Origin: Candidatus Moranbacteria bacterium UBA2282
Lineage (GTDB): Bacteria; Patescibacteriota; Minisyncoccia; Moranbacterales; UBA2206
Assembly: GCA_002345745.1 (NCBI GenBank)
Contig: DDWQ01000011.1
Span: 85,995-149,994 of the forward strand
DNA: 64,000 nucleotides
Direction: 5' to 3'
Part shown: positions 54,952 to 64,000 of the stretch, piece after piece
How positions within the stretch are numbered: position 1 is the first letter of the stretch
Layout: each line of letters opens with the position of its first letter
The notes under the pieces: generated by a model
What the model saw: only the letters and a program-made list of their open reading frames with translations
Databases searched by the model: none
What the model was told of the DNA's origin: nothing
Position numbers and translations under genes: made by a program

Positions 54952-56772
54952 ATGAAACTACAAATACCAGAGATAACTTTAAATAGATACCAACTATTCA
55001 CAATCTTTGCCCTGTTTTGGATAGGATTGGGATGGCTTGGTTTGGCATTGTCTCTTTTGGGTATTTTTTATAATATCTTTCTTGTCAGTTATATAGTCCT
55101 TGGTGTAATAACGTTGGTATATTTAATCAATTTCAATAAAACCAAAATTGAAATTAATCCGCGTTTCTTTTTGATGTTATTTCTCACCCTGACAGCAATT
55201 TTTATTTTTTCCACCTACACCACACCTAGCATCTTTTCTGGACGGGACCAAGGATCACTCAGTGAAGCAGCAATTCGATTGTCACAAAACCATCACATTT
55301 CTTTTTCTTCTCCCGTTTCAGAAGAATTTTTCAAAATTTATGGTCCTGGCAAAGCCTTAAATTTTCCTGGCTTCAACTATACGGCATCCGGAAATATGTC
55401 AACCCAATTTCCACTCGGCTATATTTCTTGGCTGGCGATTTTTTATTCTTTATTTGGACTAAATGGTTTTATTGTTGCCAATAGCATTACGTTTTTCATA
55501 TTTATTTTTTCTTTTTATTTAGTTACTAGATATTATCTGCGAGCTTCTTCCGCAATTGCCGCGGTTGCTCTAGTGTTGACTTCCTTTGTTTTTTCTTGGT
55601 TTTTCAAATTCACCCTCAGTGAAAATCTCGCGTTGATGCTAACTTGGTTTGGAATTTATGAATTCGTACTCTTCACTAAAAATAGATCGCGTTTTTATTT
55701 ACTTTCCTCTCTCACAGCTTTTCTATTGCTGTTTTTTACCCGTGTAGAAGCACTCGGATTTCTAGCGATTATTTTTGCGATGCTTATTATCAAATACAAA
55801 GATTGGAAATATCTCCTGTTTGTTGTTATTGGGAAAAAAGCACTGTTATTTATTGGCTGTTTTCTTTTACTGCATATTTTTCATTTAACAATCGATAGTC
55901 CATCATATTTCTCAATGTTGAAAAGCATCCTCAGTCCATTTATCTCCCTTGGTTCCGGACTTAAGGATTATTCACAAACTGATTCCGTACCATTTCTAGC
56001 AACGTCTTTCTATGTGCTTAAAGTTTTTTCTGTCTACGCTCTTTTCAATTTCCTTCTTTTCGGTTTCATTGGTTTTGTCTATTTATGGAAACACAAAAAA
56101 TTTGAAATTCTTGTTCCGTTTCTGATTGTCTTGCCAACCCTTGTTTATCTTGTTCATCCTAGTATTTCCGCCGATCATCCCTGGATGTTGCGCCGTTTTG
56201 TTTTTTCGATTATTCCCATCAGCATTCTCTATAGTATTTGGTTTTTCGATTCCTGCCTGCCGGCAGGCAGAGGTTTTTTCAAAAGAATTTATTTTTACAT
56301 TGCTATCTCCATGCTACTTGTTACCAATCTAATTGTTTCCGTGCCATTTCTGACAGTTTCACCTGACAAAAATCTGCTGCCGCAAATCAAAGCCATCAGT
56401 GGAAATTTCCAAGACTCCGATTTGATTCTGGTGGATCGCGATGCTACGGGAGATGGCTGGTCGATGATGACCGGTCCGATGAATTTTCTATTTAACAAAC
56501 AGGCAGTGTATTTTTTTAATCCGAAAGATCTAGCTCAAATTGACCGCAACAAATTCAGCGCGATTTATTTCATTATTCCCGATACTAAACTAGATTTTTA
56601 TCGCTCCAACGGAATTCTTGAAAAACTGGCTCCTATCAAAAATTACTCTATTGCTACAGAAATTTTAGCTATAAAAACCGGAGAAAAACAAGAAATGTTT
56701 ACCGCTCCAATTGAATTGCCTTCTGTGCAAGACGTCACAATTTATGGTAAAATTTATTTATTAACCGATTAG
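54952..56772 (+). CDS. Polytopic membrane protein; possibly a GT-C-type glycosyltransferase
   Basis: 606 aa with at least 13 TM helices. The first extracytoplasmic loop is FSGRDQGSLSEAAIRL (DE-x-x-x-A-like). Confidence 0.45.
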   Translation: MKLQIPEITLNRYQLFTIFALFWIGLGWLGLALSLLGIFYNIFLVSYIVLGVITLVYLINFNKTKIEINPRFFLMLFLTLTAIFIFSTYTTPSIFSGRDQGSLSEAAIRLSQNHHISFSSPVSEEFFKIYGPGKALNFPGFNYTASGNMSTQFPLGYISWLAIFYSLFGLNGFIVANSITFFIFIFSFYLVTRYYLRASSAIAAVALVLTSFVFSWFFKFTLSENLALMLTWFGIYEFVLFTKNRSRFYLLSSLTAFLLLFFTRVEALGFLAIIFAMLIIKYKDWKYLLFVVIGKKALLFIGCFLLLHIFHLTIDSPSYFSMLKSILSPFISLGSGLKDYSQTDSVPFLATSFYVLKVFSVYALFNFLLFGFIGFVYLWKHKKFEILVPFLIVLPTLVYLVHPSISADHPWMLRRFVFSIIPISILYSIWFFDSCLPAGRGFFKRIYFYIAISMLLVTNLIVSVPFLTVSPDKNLLPQIKAISGNFQDSDLILVDRDATGDGWSMMTGPMNFLFNKQAVYFFNPKDLAQIDRNKFSAIYFIIPDTKLDFYRSNGILEKLAPIKNYSIATEILAIKTGEKQEMFTAPIELPSVQDVTIYGKIYLLTD

Positions 56773-56779
56773 CAAAAAT

Positions 56780-58120
56780 ATGTGGTTTGATTTAACTCAA
56801 GAAGTTCAACTTCCAGAAAAAAAATATATGCTTTATAAAAAGCTACAGACCATGCTCTATGTTGTGGCCTTTTTGCTTGCTATCATTATGGCCTTGCGTG
56901 TAATATTTGATTCACAAAATTTTTATTCATCTCTTACTAATCTAGATTCAAACAAAAACACTCTTGATTTACTTCAATATCAAGGTACGGACTCACCTAC
57001 AAACGGCAATATAGTTGCTGGAAGTGCATTATATTTTGATACGGTGCCTGTGGGAACTTTTTCCAAAGCCGTTATCAAATTTCCTCAAGACAATCAATCA
57101 CAAAAAATAACCACGGGTGAAATCACAATCAGAAAATCGCACCAAGCGTTTCTCTACCCCGAAGGCGGATCACTTGGATTCAAAGATGGCACGCTACTAA
57201 AAAACAAATCTGCCTATTACATAGTTTCCAAAGGAGAACTTCGTAAATTCGAAACATCCACTGTCTCTGCATTTGGTTATCCGCTCAATGCTTTCGTTGA
57301 GGTTACGACTGAAGAATTGCAATATAATCCCGCAGGACAATTAGTTGAAGACGCTACAGTCTATCCAGAATCTTCGCTCTTCAAGATTGATAGTGATTAT
57401 TATATCCTGCAAAATTCCCAATTAAAAAAATTTACAAGTGAATATGCTTTCCTTAGTCAATACAAGGCAGTGCAAGCTATCCAAAAAGATCAAACATTTT
57501 TTACCCAATACGCTCTAGCTGATGATGTTGTTGGTTTTAGTGATGGATCACTCGTCTCCTTTGGTGATTCAATTTATATCATTAGCAGTGGTAAATATTT
57601 TCCTATCAACAACCCCGAAACTTTTATTGAGAAGGGCTATAGCTGGGATGATGTAATTCCTGCCGGTTCTGATGAAATAGCACTCTACGAAAAAACAGCC
57701 CTGTTCACAATCAGACGTGATCATCCAAATGGCACAATTTTCAAAACCATCGAGAGTGGCAAATATTTCATCGTTAATAATTTAAAAAAACAATTTCTGC
57801 CATCTCAAAATATCGTCGACTCATGGTCTAATCGCTCTCCCATTCTCGTTTCAGAAAAAAGTCTAGAAACCACCAGCCAATGTGCTATTAAAAAATCTTT
57901 CTTTGGTTCATACTCTTGTGAAATCGGAATTGATAATCTTCAGAATCTTATTGGCGTCAATTATGAATTCATTATGAAATTAAATAATGATACTACAATT
58001 GCAGACTTAAATGTTTCTTTCAAAAAAGACATAAACCGCACAAATCTAATGGTATTTCTACGTAATATTTATAATAAAATTACAAATAAGTATGTTGCAA
58101 AAATTACTCCAACTCAATAA
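56780..58120 (+). CDS. Hypothetical protein with an N-terminal TM anchor and a large extracytoplasmic domain
   Basis: 446-aa ORF. Confidence 0.4.
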   Translation: MWFDLTQEVQLPEKKYMLYKKLQTMLYVVAFLLAIIMALRVIFDSQNFYSSLTNLDSNKNTLDLLQYQGTDSPTNGNIVAGSALYFDTVPVGTFSKAVIKFPQDNQSQKITTGEITIRKSHQAFLYPEGGSLGFKDGTLLKNKSAYYIVSKGELRKFETSTVSAFGYPLNAFVEVTTEELQYNPAGQLVEDATVYPESSLFKIDSDYYILQNSQLKKFTSEYAFLSQYKAVQAIQKDQTFFTQYALADDVVGFSDGSLVSFGDSIYIISSGKYFPINNPETFIEKGYSWDDVIPAGSDEIALYEKTALFTIRRDHPNGTIFKTIESGKYFIVNNLKKQFLPSQNIVDSWSNRSPILVSEKSLETTSQCAIKKSFFGSYSCEIGIDNLQNLIGVNYEFIMKLNNDTTIADLNVSFKKDINRTNLMVFLRNIYNKITNKYVAKITPTQ

Positions 58121-58484
58121 TCAAGATAAGACTATGATCGCCTATAAACTTCTCCATGATTTTCTATTTCTGTGGATGATTTTTTTCGTCTTCGCTTTGA
58201 TTGCTGATGGTTTGATTGCGGGAATAGTATCAGCGCGGATGGGGCTTTATGCAATTGCATTAATATTACTTGTTAATGTTTTTTTAATTCATCAGTTGAG
58301 AATTAGCACTCAAATAGAAAACATTGGTAAAGTAAACAAAAAAATAGCTGGGTTGCTATTTTTCATATTTGGTCTATTAATTTTCAACAGCTTGATTAAA
58401 CTGCCAATATTTTTAAGTTTATTTATTTTAATCATTGTCTTCGTAATTTTTTATTTTCTACTTAAAGTGTTTCAAGAAGAATAA
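58092..58484 (+). CDS. Small membrane protein, hypothetical
   Basis: 130 aa with 4 TM helices. Overlaps the upstream ORF by 29 bp. Confidence 0.35.
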   Translation: MLQKLLQLNNQDKTMIAYKLLHDFLFLWMIFFVFALIADGLIAGIVSARMGLYAIALILLVNVFLIHQLRISTQIENIGKVNKKIAGLLFFIFGLLIFNSLIKLPIFLSLFILIIVFVIFYFLLKVFQEE

Positions 58485-58491
58485 TAGACTC

Positions 58492-59646
58492 CTAGTTCTT
58501 CAAATATTCCAGAGTCTCTTGCGCGCATTTTTCCCAAGAGAATTCTTTTAATTGCTCACGCCCTTTTGCAATCAACTCAATTTGCAGATCTTTAGAAATC
58601 AAAACTTGTTCTATTTGTGTACTGAGTTGTGCTGTATTCTGTGCATCAAAATATAGTGCACCTTCTCCACCAATTTCTCGCAAAGAAGAATTATCCGCTG
58701 TTATCAAAGGCACACCAGCGGCATATGCCTCTAGGATTGTGATGCCAAAGCCCTCATAAAGTGAAGGATAGACAAATACACTAGCCCCCCGAAACAAACA
58801 CCCTACATCGCAAAATTTGAGCCTGCCAGGCATTATGATGTCTTTAGAATAGACGCTATTTCTAGCCTTTTTTTCTATAGATTCCGCGAGCCATGCCTTT
58901 TCTCCCGCTAAAACCAATTTGAGAGCGCAAAAGGAGCTAAGCTCCCAAGCTTGGGAGCTTAGCTCCTTTTGCTTCCGGCTTTTTAATAAGTCAAATGCCT
59001 CAATCAATTTTTCAATATTTTTTCTCGGCTGTAACGCACCAGAATACAAAATATACTCTCCTACTATTCCAAGTTTATTTTTCAATTCTTGCTCTTTGCC
59101 ATGATCACGTGCTTGAGAAAAAACATCTGGACTAAAGCCATGATAGATGACCTGGATTTTATTGGCGTCAATTTCCGGATAAAATTTTATGATGTCATGC
59201 TTGGTCGCCTGTGAAATGGCAATAATTTTGTCTGCCTGCCTAATTGAGTAGTCCGCAAATAAATTTAGTTTGCGTAAATCTTTTGGAGGAAAATATTGTG
59301 GAAAATATTTAAAAGCCAAGTCATGAATAGTCACCACTGTTTTCAAATTTTTTCGACGTAGATATGGCAGAGCCGCCATCGGCATCCACAAAACAGTTGG
59401 TTTTTCTTTCCACACTTCCCATGCAAATCTAATTTGCGTCCACAGGATTGGAAAAGACTTTTGAATAATTTTATAATTTGAAAATTCCGGCGGAGTGAGT
59501 TCCGGATTAAATTTACTTTTGTGATAAATTAAAAACTCGCTCTGTAAATCTAGCTTGCCAAAGTGTTTTAGCAAGTTAAAAATATAGACGCGAGTTCCAT
59601 CAATGCGCTCGTGATCAAGGTCAGCTGCAGAAATTGCAATTTTCAT
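58492..59646 (-). CDS. GT4-family glycosyltransferase carrying an in-frame 46-bp perfect palindrome at the inter-domain linker
   Basis: YPSLYEGFGITILEAYAAGVPLITAD motif. Inserted peptide KELSSQAWELSSF. Confidence 0.8.
   Translation of the reverse strand: MKIAISAADLDHERIDGTRVYIFNLLKHFGKLDLQSEFLIYHKSKFNPELTPPEFSNYKIIQKSFPILWTQIRFAWEVWKEKPTVLWMPMAALPYLRRKNLKTVVTIHDLAFKYFPQYFPPKDLRKLNLFADYSIRQADKIIAISQATKHDIIKFYPEIDANKIQVIYHGFSPDVFSQARDHGKEQELKNKLGIVGEYILYSGALQPRKNIEKLIEAFDLLKSRKQKELSSQAWELSSFCALKLVLAGEKAWLAESIEKKARNSVYSKDIIMPGRLKFCDVGCLFRGASVFVYPSLYEGFGITILEAYAAGVPLITADNSSLREIGGEGALYFDAQNTAQLSTQIEQVLISKDLQIELIAKGREQLKEFSWEKCAQETLEYLKN
58927..58972. repeat. Perfect 46-bp palindrome inside the GT4 CDS
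   Basis: GCAAAAGGAGCTAAGCTCCCAAG|CTTGGGAGCTTAGCTCCTTTTGC. Confidence 0.9.
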
Positions 59647-60504
59647 TTATTTCTTAGATTGAATAAATTCATCTAGTGTGTCCTTCAAATCTTCTCTATC
59701 TGAAGCATAGGCCAAGATGGTTTTCAAATAATTTGCTGGATCACCTGTCGTAAACCATTGTCCATCTTTAATTTCTTTAGCGACAAAAACGCCACCTCTT
59801 CGGATATATTCTTTGATGGCATCGGTAATCCAAAGCTCATTGCCCTTACCAAGACTCGTGGTTCTTAGAATATCAATAATTTCTTGATTCAAAATATATC
59901 TTCCAAATCCAGCCAAGCGAGAAGGTGCTTCTTCAACGGAGGGTTTTTCAATAATATCTTCCATCTGGTTTGTTCCTTCTTTTAATTTAACTATTCCATA
60001 TCTAACAACATCTTTTTTATCCACCTCTTGCACGCCCAAAATCAAATTACCATTCTTTTCATAGTCCTCCACCATTTGTTTTGTGAAAGATGTTTTTGAT
60101 TTGACAAGGTCATCTCCGAAACAAAAAACAAATGGCTCATCATTAACAAGGCTGGCTGCTGATAGAATTGGCGTTCCATTACCATATGGACCCTTTTGAC
60201 GCACGTGTATAAAATTTGCCATTTCAGCAATTTTAGAAATACTATCAGCTGCCTCATTTTTGCCATTTTTTCTCAGATCATTTTCCAAGGCAACACTATG
60301 ATCAAAATGATCCTCCAATGGTTTCTTGTCCCAACGAGTTACAAAAATAATATCTTCAATACCAGCCTCAACCAATTCTTCAACAACCAACTGAATGATT
60401 GGTTTGTCTACGATTGGCAACATTTCTTTGGGCATTGATTTTGTGGCTGGCAACAATCTTGTGCCCGAACCAGCAACTGCAATTACAGCTTTTTTGATTT
60501 TCAT
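59647..60504 (-). CDS. galU: UTP-glucose-1-phosphate uridylyltransferase
   Basis: AVIAVAGSGTRLLPATKSMPKEMLPIVDKP N-terminus. 285 aa. Confidence 0.85.
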   Translation of the reverse strand: MKIKKAVIAVAGSGTRLLPATKSMPKEMLPIVDKPIIQLVVEELVEAGIEDIIFVTRWDKKPLEDHFDHSVALENDLRKNGKNEAADSISKIAEMANFIHVRQKGPYGNGTPILSAASLVNDEPFVFCFGDDLVKSKTSFTKQMVEDYEKNGNLILGVQEVDKKDVVRYGIVKLKEGTNQMEDIIEKPSVEEAPSRLAGFGRYILNQEIIDILRTTSLGKGNELWITDAIKEYIRRGGVFVAKEIKDGQWFTTGDPANYLKTILAYASDREDLKDTLDEFIQSKK

Positions 60505-60543
60505 AATGAGATAAATTTAAAAATAAAAAAATGAATAGTTAAA

Positions 60544-61341
60544 TTAATTTAATCTTTTTTTAGCTATAATTTTTAATTCTTCATTAAATTCAGCAATGGC
60601 AGTATCAATAATTGGATCAAAATTTTTATAGATTTCCTTGTTCTTCACAATGTTACTTGCCTCCAATAATGAATCGAATGTTCCAGCATCCAGCCATTCG
60701 CCAGAAACTGTTGTTACTTGCAATTCACCTAATTGCAAATAATAATTTTGCAAAGAGGTTATTTCAATCTCGCCTCGCTCTGATGGCACAGCACTTTTTG
60801 CCACTTTCACCACGCGATTATCATAGATATACAATCCCGTTACGGCGTAATCACTAATCCATTCGCTTGGTTTTTCAATAACTTCTACTGCTTTATTATT
60901 TTCATCGAACTTAACCACCCCAAATCTTTCTGGATCCTGCACTTTTTTCGCGAAGACATGCCCGCCTGATTTGAAATTTTTAATTTCCTCCGAAAAATCA
61001 TCTTCAAAAATATTATCACCCAAAATCATTGTAACATTGTCCTGACCGATAAAAGATTCTCCCAGAATAAAGGCATCGGCCAATCCGCGCGGAACTTTTT
61101 GCACTTCAAAATAAATATTAATACCAAATTTTTTCATCGTCGAGCCCAACAAATTCAAATATTGTCCGCTGTGTTCCGGCGAAACAATCATTAAAATATC
61201 TTTGATACCAGCCTTAATTAGTGTATTCAAAGGATAGAAAATCATCTGCCGATTATAGACCGGCAATAGTTGCTTGCTTGTGGTGGCTGTTAGTGGAAAA
61301 AGTCGAGTGGCTGTTCCACCGGAAAGTATAATCCCCTTCAT
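60544..61341 (-). CDS. rmlA: Glucose-1-phosphate thymidylyltransferase (short form)
   Basis: MKGIILSGGTATRLFPLT...SKQLLPVYNRQMIFYPL...PRGLADAF...LGDNIF. Confidence 0.8.
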   Translation of the reverse strand: MKGIILSGGTATRLFPLTATTSKQLLPVYNRQMIFYPLNTLIKAGIKDILMIVSPEHSGQYLNLLGSTMKKFGINIYFEVQKVPRGLADAFILGESFIGQDNVTMILGDNIFEDDFSEEIKNFKSGGHVFAKKVQDPERFGVVKFDENNKAVEVIEKPSEWISDYAVTGLYIYDNRVVKVAKSAVPSERGEIEITSLQNYYLQLGELQVTTVSGEWLDAGTFDSLLEASNIVKNKEIYKNFDPIIDTAIAEFNEELKIIAKKRLN

Positions 61342-61351
61342 AAAATTATTT

Positions 61352-62680
61352 TTACCAATTTAAATCTTTATACAATGGAAATTTTTTGCACAAATTTTTA
61401 ATTTCACTTTTTATGCTTTTTAATTTTTTATTTTTTCCAATGTATGCTTTAAATTTTTTCAAAGCCGCTATTCTTTCTTCTTTGTCTTCTGGAAATTCAA
61501 AGGTTTTGATTTCTTCCATTACTTCCGCAATCCATCCAGCTATTTTTTTCATCTCTTTTTCTTTCATACCTCGCACAGTAAGTGATGGAGTTCCCAGTCT
61601 AACTCCGCTTGGATAAAAAGGAGTCGAGGGATCTAGCGGTATAGTATTTTTATTAACTGTCATTCCCGCCATTCCCATGGCATCTTGCAAAAGCACTCCT
61701 CTGCCCTTACCGCAGTCAATAAGCATCAGGTGATTATCTGTGCCATTACTTACTAATTTTATACCTGATTTCATCAACTCAGCGGCCAGAGCTTTGGCAT
61801 TTTTAACAACTTGCTGTCCATATTTTTTAAACGAAGGTTTCATCGCTTCACCCAAGGCTACCGCGATTGCGGCTGTCTGATGATTATGCGGTCCGCCTTG
61901 AAGATTAGGAAAAATGGCACGATCAATTTTTTGCGCCAATTCCGGATCTTTTTTCAATCCCTTAGTAGTAACCATTATCATTCCACCTCTCGGTCCGCGA
62001 AGTGTTTTGTGAGTTGTTGTCGTAATAATATGTGCATATTTTGCAGGACTCTTATGCACTCCAGCTATTACTAGTCCAGCGATATGAGCGATATCCGCAG
62101 CTAAATATGCGCCAACTTTGTCAGCTATTTTAGCTATTTTTTCAAAAGGAAATTCTCGAGCATATGCAGTGGCACCGACCCAAATCAATTTTGGTTTGTG
62201 TTTCAATGCTAATCTTTCAATTTCCTCTAAATCAAGTCGTCCATCTGGTTTCACGTGATATGGGATTGTATTATAGAACATACTAGTCGCGCTAGCTTTC
62301 CAACCATGAGTTAGGTGACCGCCATCCAAAAGATTCAATCCCATCACAGTGTCCCCTGGTTTGCAGACAGCAACATAAACTGCCAAATTAGCTGGACTGC
62401 CAGAATAGGGTTGCACATTAGCGTGCGGAACACCAAATAATTTTTTCGCTCTTTCAATCGCAATGCTTTCCACAATATCCGTGTTTTCTTGTCCTCCATA
62501 ATATCTTTTATATGGATAACCCTCGCTATATTTATTAGTCAAAACAGATCCCAAGGCTTCCATCACTGGAATTGATGCGGCAATTTCTGATGGAATAAGT
62601 TCTAGACCTTCTTCTTGTCTTTTGATTTCATTTTTAATCGCATTATAAATTTTTGGATCCTGTTTTTTTAAATTTTTCAT
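61352..62680 (-). CDS. glyA: Serine hydroxymethyltransferase
   Basis: LELIPSEIAAS..., TTTTHKTLRGPRGGMI (PLP-Lys motif). 442 aa. Confidence 0.92.
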   Translation of the reverse strand: MKNLKKQDPKIYNAIKNEIKRQEEGLELIPSEIAASIPVMEALGSVLTNKYSEGYPYKRYYGGQENTDIVESIAIERAKKLFGVPHANVQPYSGSPANLAVYVAVCKPGDTVMGLNLLDGGHLTHGWKASATSMFYNTIPYHVKPDGRLDLEEIERLALKHKPKLIWVGATAYAREFPFEKIAKIADKVGAYLAADIAHIAGLVIAGVHKSPAKYAHIITTTTHKTLRGPRGGMIMVTTKGLKKDPELAQKIDRAIFPNLQGGPHNHQTAAIAVALGEAMKPSFKKYGQQVVKNAKALAAELMKSGIKLVSNGTDNHLMLIDCGKGRGVLLQDAMGMAGMTVNKNTIPLDPSTPFYPSGVRLGTPSLTVRGMKEKEMKKIAGWIAEVMEEIKTFEFPEDKEERIAALKKFKAYIGKNKKLKSIKSEIKNLCKKFPLYKDLNW

Positions 62681-62714
62681 ATCAATTATATTTTAGCTTA
62701 TTATTTTTAAACTC

Positions 62715-62795
62715 CTCAAAGGTTAAGCCTTTGCATCGCTTAAACTCCGTAAAGGCTTAACCTTGGAAACTCTCAGTGAAAGTAATAAAGTAATT
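62715..62795. other. Tandem roughly 30-bp units, each with a small hairpin, between the rmlD 3' end and the glyA start
   Basis: aaactcc tcaaaggttaagcctttg ... aaactcc gtaaaggcttaaccttgg aaactct. Confidence 0.35.
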
Positions 62796-62837
62796 TAATA
62801 AACTTAGATCATACAATTTATTTTTAAATATTTTGAT

Positions 62838-63857
62838 TTATGATTTTTTCAAATATTCTTTCAAGGCATCTTTATAACTTCGCAACGGATTGAGTTTGGT
62901 GTTAAGTAACACTGAATAATATGGTCGCTTAGCCGGACGGGGAAATTCCGCTCCATCCACAGGAATGACTTTCGTCTTCAATTTCGCCTGCTGATATAAT
63001 TCTAGAACAGCTTCGTACCAAGTGCAAGGGTCGCCATTTACAATATGATAGATGCCAAATGGCTTCTCGGCTTCAACAATTTCCTTAGTTTTCTTCGCCA
63101 AATCAGGTGCATAAGTGAAACAACTCGTTTCTTCATCCACCGCCTTTACCATTTTATTCTTTTTACCTGCTTCCAGCATCACATCAAAAAAACTGCGTTT
63201 GGCATTTTCTGCCTGAGCTGGTTTTCCAAAAATTTTAGATGGTCGAATAATATAAAAATTCTTAGTATTTTTCTGCACTTCTTTTTCACCCAGCACTTTA
63301 GACTTGCCATAGTTAGAAATCGGATTAGTTTTTGCCTCTTCATCAAAGCCAATTTGTGGCCAGCCTCGCATCGACGAGCGGTCGTCTCCGCGAGTCGAGG
63401 CGGGCACGAAATCAGTATGCAGACTGCAAGAACCGCAAGAATGTGTGCATCCAGTTGGCTCAGGAATTTCAGGCTCGCCGTCAAAAACATAATCAGAAGA
63501 ATAATTCACAAAAACAGCCTTGATTTTCTTTGCCACTTTGGCAAGATACCCCGGTGCTTTGCCATTTAGTTTTTTCGCCAACTCATATTCTTTTTTATCT
63601 TCTTCGCATTTATCCACGGCGTTATAACCCGTAGCATTGATAATAATAGCTGGTTTAAGTTTTGTCACTTTAGCAATTACTTGCTTTTCAGAAGTGATGT
63701 CAATGTCATCTCGATCCCACGCCACAACTTCATAGGCTGTGTCTTTTTTAAAAGCTATTACTAGTTCTTGACCCAACATTCCCCGCGCACCGATTATTAA
63801 AACTTTTTTCTTCTCCGAAGGTTGAGCCTTCGGAAGACTAATTTTTTTATTCACCAT
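62838..63857 (-). CDS. rmlD: dTDP-4-dehydrorhamnose reductase with a roughly 35-aa GC-rich in-frame insertion
   Basis: VLIIGARGMLG, YSSDYVFDG, NPISNYGKSK (YxxxK). The start is taken at MVNKK (63857), where ATGGTGAATAA overlaps the rmlB stop. ORF track 62838..63917. Confidence 0.75.
   Translation of the reverse strand: MVNKKISLPKAQPSEKKKVLIIGARGMLGQELVIAFKKDTAYEVVAWDRDDIDITSEKQVIAKVTKLKPAIIINATGYNAVDKCEEDKKEYELAKKLNGKAPGYLAKVAKKIKAVFVNYSSDYVFDGEPEIPEPTGCTHSCGSCSLHTDFVPASTRGDDRSSMRGWPQIGFDEEAKTNPISNYGKSKVLGEKEVQKNTKNFYIIRPSKIFGKPAQAENAKRSFFDVMLEAGKKNKMVKAVDEETSCFTYAPDLAKKTKEIVEAEKPFGIYHIVNGDPCTWYEAVLELYQQAKLKTKVIPVDGAEFPRPAKRPYYSVLLNTKLNPLRSYKDALKEYLKKS
63364..63470. repeat. GC-rich structured insertion within rmlD (nested hairpins)
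   Basis: GCCTCGCatcGACGAgcggTCGTCtccGCGAGtCGAGGC ... tgcagactgca. It encodes PTGCTHSCGSCSLHTDFVPASTRGDDRSSMRGWP, which Salmonella RmlD lacks. Confidence 0.5.
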
Positions 63858-64000
63858 ATTGTTTTTTATAATAATTTTGATAATCCCCACTCTTGATATT
63901 TTTCCACCACGATTCATTGTTTTGAAACCAAGCTAACGTCTGAGCAATGCCTTCTTCAAAAGTCACTTGTGGTTCGAAACTCAGTTCATTTTTAATTTTT
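63853..64000 (-). CDS. rmlB: dTDP-glucose 4,6-dehydratase, C-terminal 49 codons (gene continues beyond the window)
   Basis: Minus-strand translation ...EEGIAQTLAWFQNNESWWKNIKSGDYQNYYKKQYGE* matches the RmlB C-terminus (WY.N..WW..vksG.Y). Confidence 0.6.

Overview
This is a low-GC (about 30% by eye), gene-dense bacterial window. Its gene content looks like a Patescibacteria/CPR-like genome; that is an inference from content, not a database match. Most of the window is a cell-envelope glycan biosynthesis supercluster. It holds about 10 GT-B (GT4-like) and 4 GT2 (polyprenol-phosphate sugar synthase, GtrB-like) glycosyltransferases. There are at least 5 GT-C (ArnT/PMT-like) membrane glycosyltransferases, three of them paralogs, and two of these are each followed by a membrane-anchored metallophosphoesterase. 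The cluster also carries a GtrA-like flippase, a Wzx/MOP flippase and two LPG-synthase-TM flippase-like proteins, one of which is fused to an APH-like kinase. An ABC-transporter export route is present: a Wzt with a C-terminal carbohydrate-binding domain, a Wzm permease, and a methyltransferase with a coiled-coil tail. The nucleotide-sugar genes recognised are ugd, a UDP-GlcA 4-epimerase, galU, rmlA, rmlD and a partial rmlB, with glyA embedded among them. Several oddities sit inside the cluster. (i) There are two REP-associated tyrosine transposase (RAYT) genes, each flanked by its own palindrome family: REP-A CTTAGGAC-G-GTCCTAAG and REP-B TGTAGGGGT-TTC-ACCCCTACA. The REP-A locus also has a truncated GT2 gene, an IS1634-like transposase remnant and a 185-bp element present in three copies. 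(ii) Palindromic or GC-rich short elements are inserted in frame inside conserved genes: a perfect 46-bp palindrome in a GT4 gene, a nested-hairpin element in the Wzt ATPase domain, a GC-rich roughly 100-bp block in rmlD, and a REP-B copy inside RAYT-2. This pattern recalls Rickettsia palindromic elements. (iii) Intergenic arrays with 9-bp periodicity are built from AAAGTC/GACTTT units arranged as long imperfect palindromes; six instances were seen. (iv) wzm and wzt are separated by about 9.5 kb of accessory DNA. That segment holds a roughly 3-kb cassette bounded by CCAAGATACAA-type repeats and iteron-like direct repeats. The cassette encodes a four-helix-bundle (23S IVS-type) protein, an AlbA_2/HATPase_c_4 protein and a hypothetical protein. 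Beyond it lie a secreted beta-helix/LCAT-like lipase, a heptad-repeat protein and a zinc-ribbon membrane protein. (v) A divergent RtcB-family protein and a Tmk-like P-loop kinase lie among the glycosyltransferase genes, and a 2H-phosphoesterase-like protein lies in the GtrA/kinase operon. No rRNA gene, tRNA gene or CRISPR array could be supported. All product calls rest on motif recognition by eye and should be confirmed by HMM or BLAST searches.
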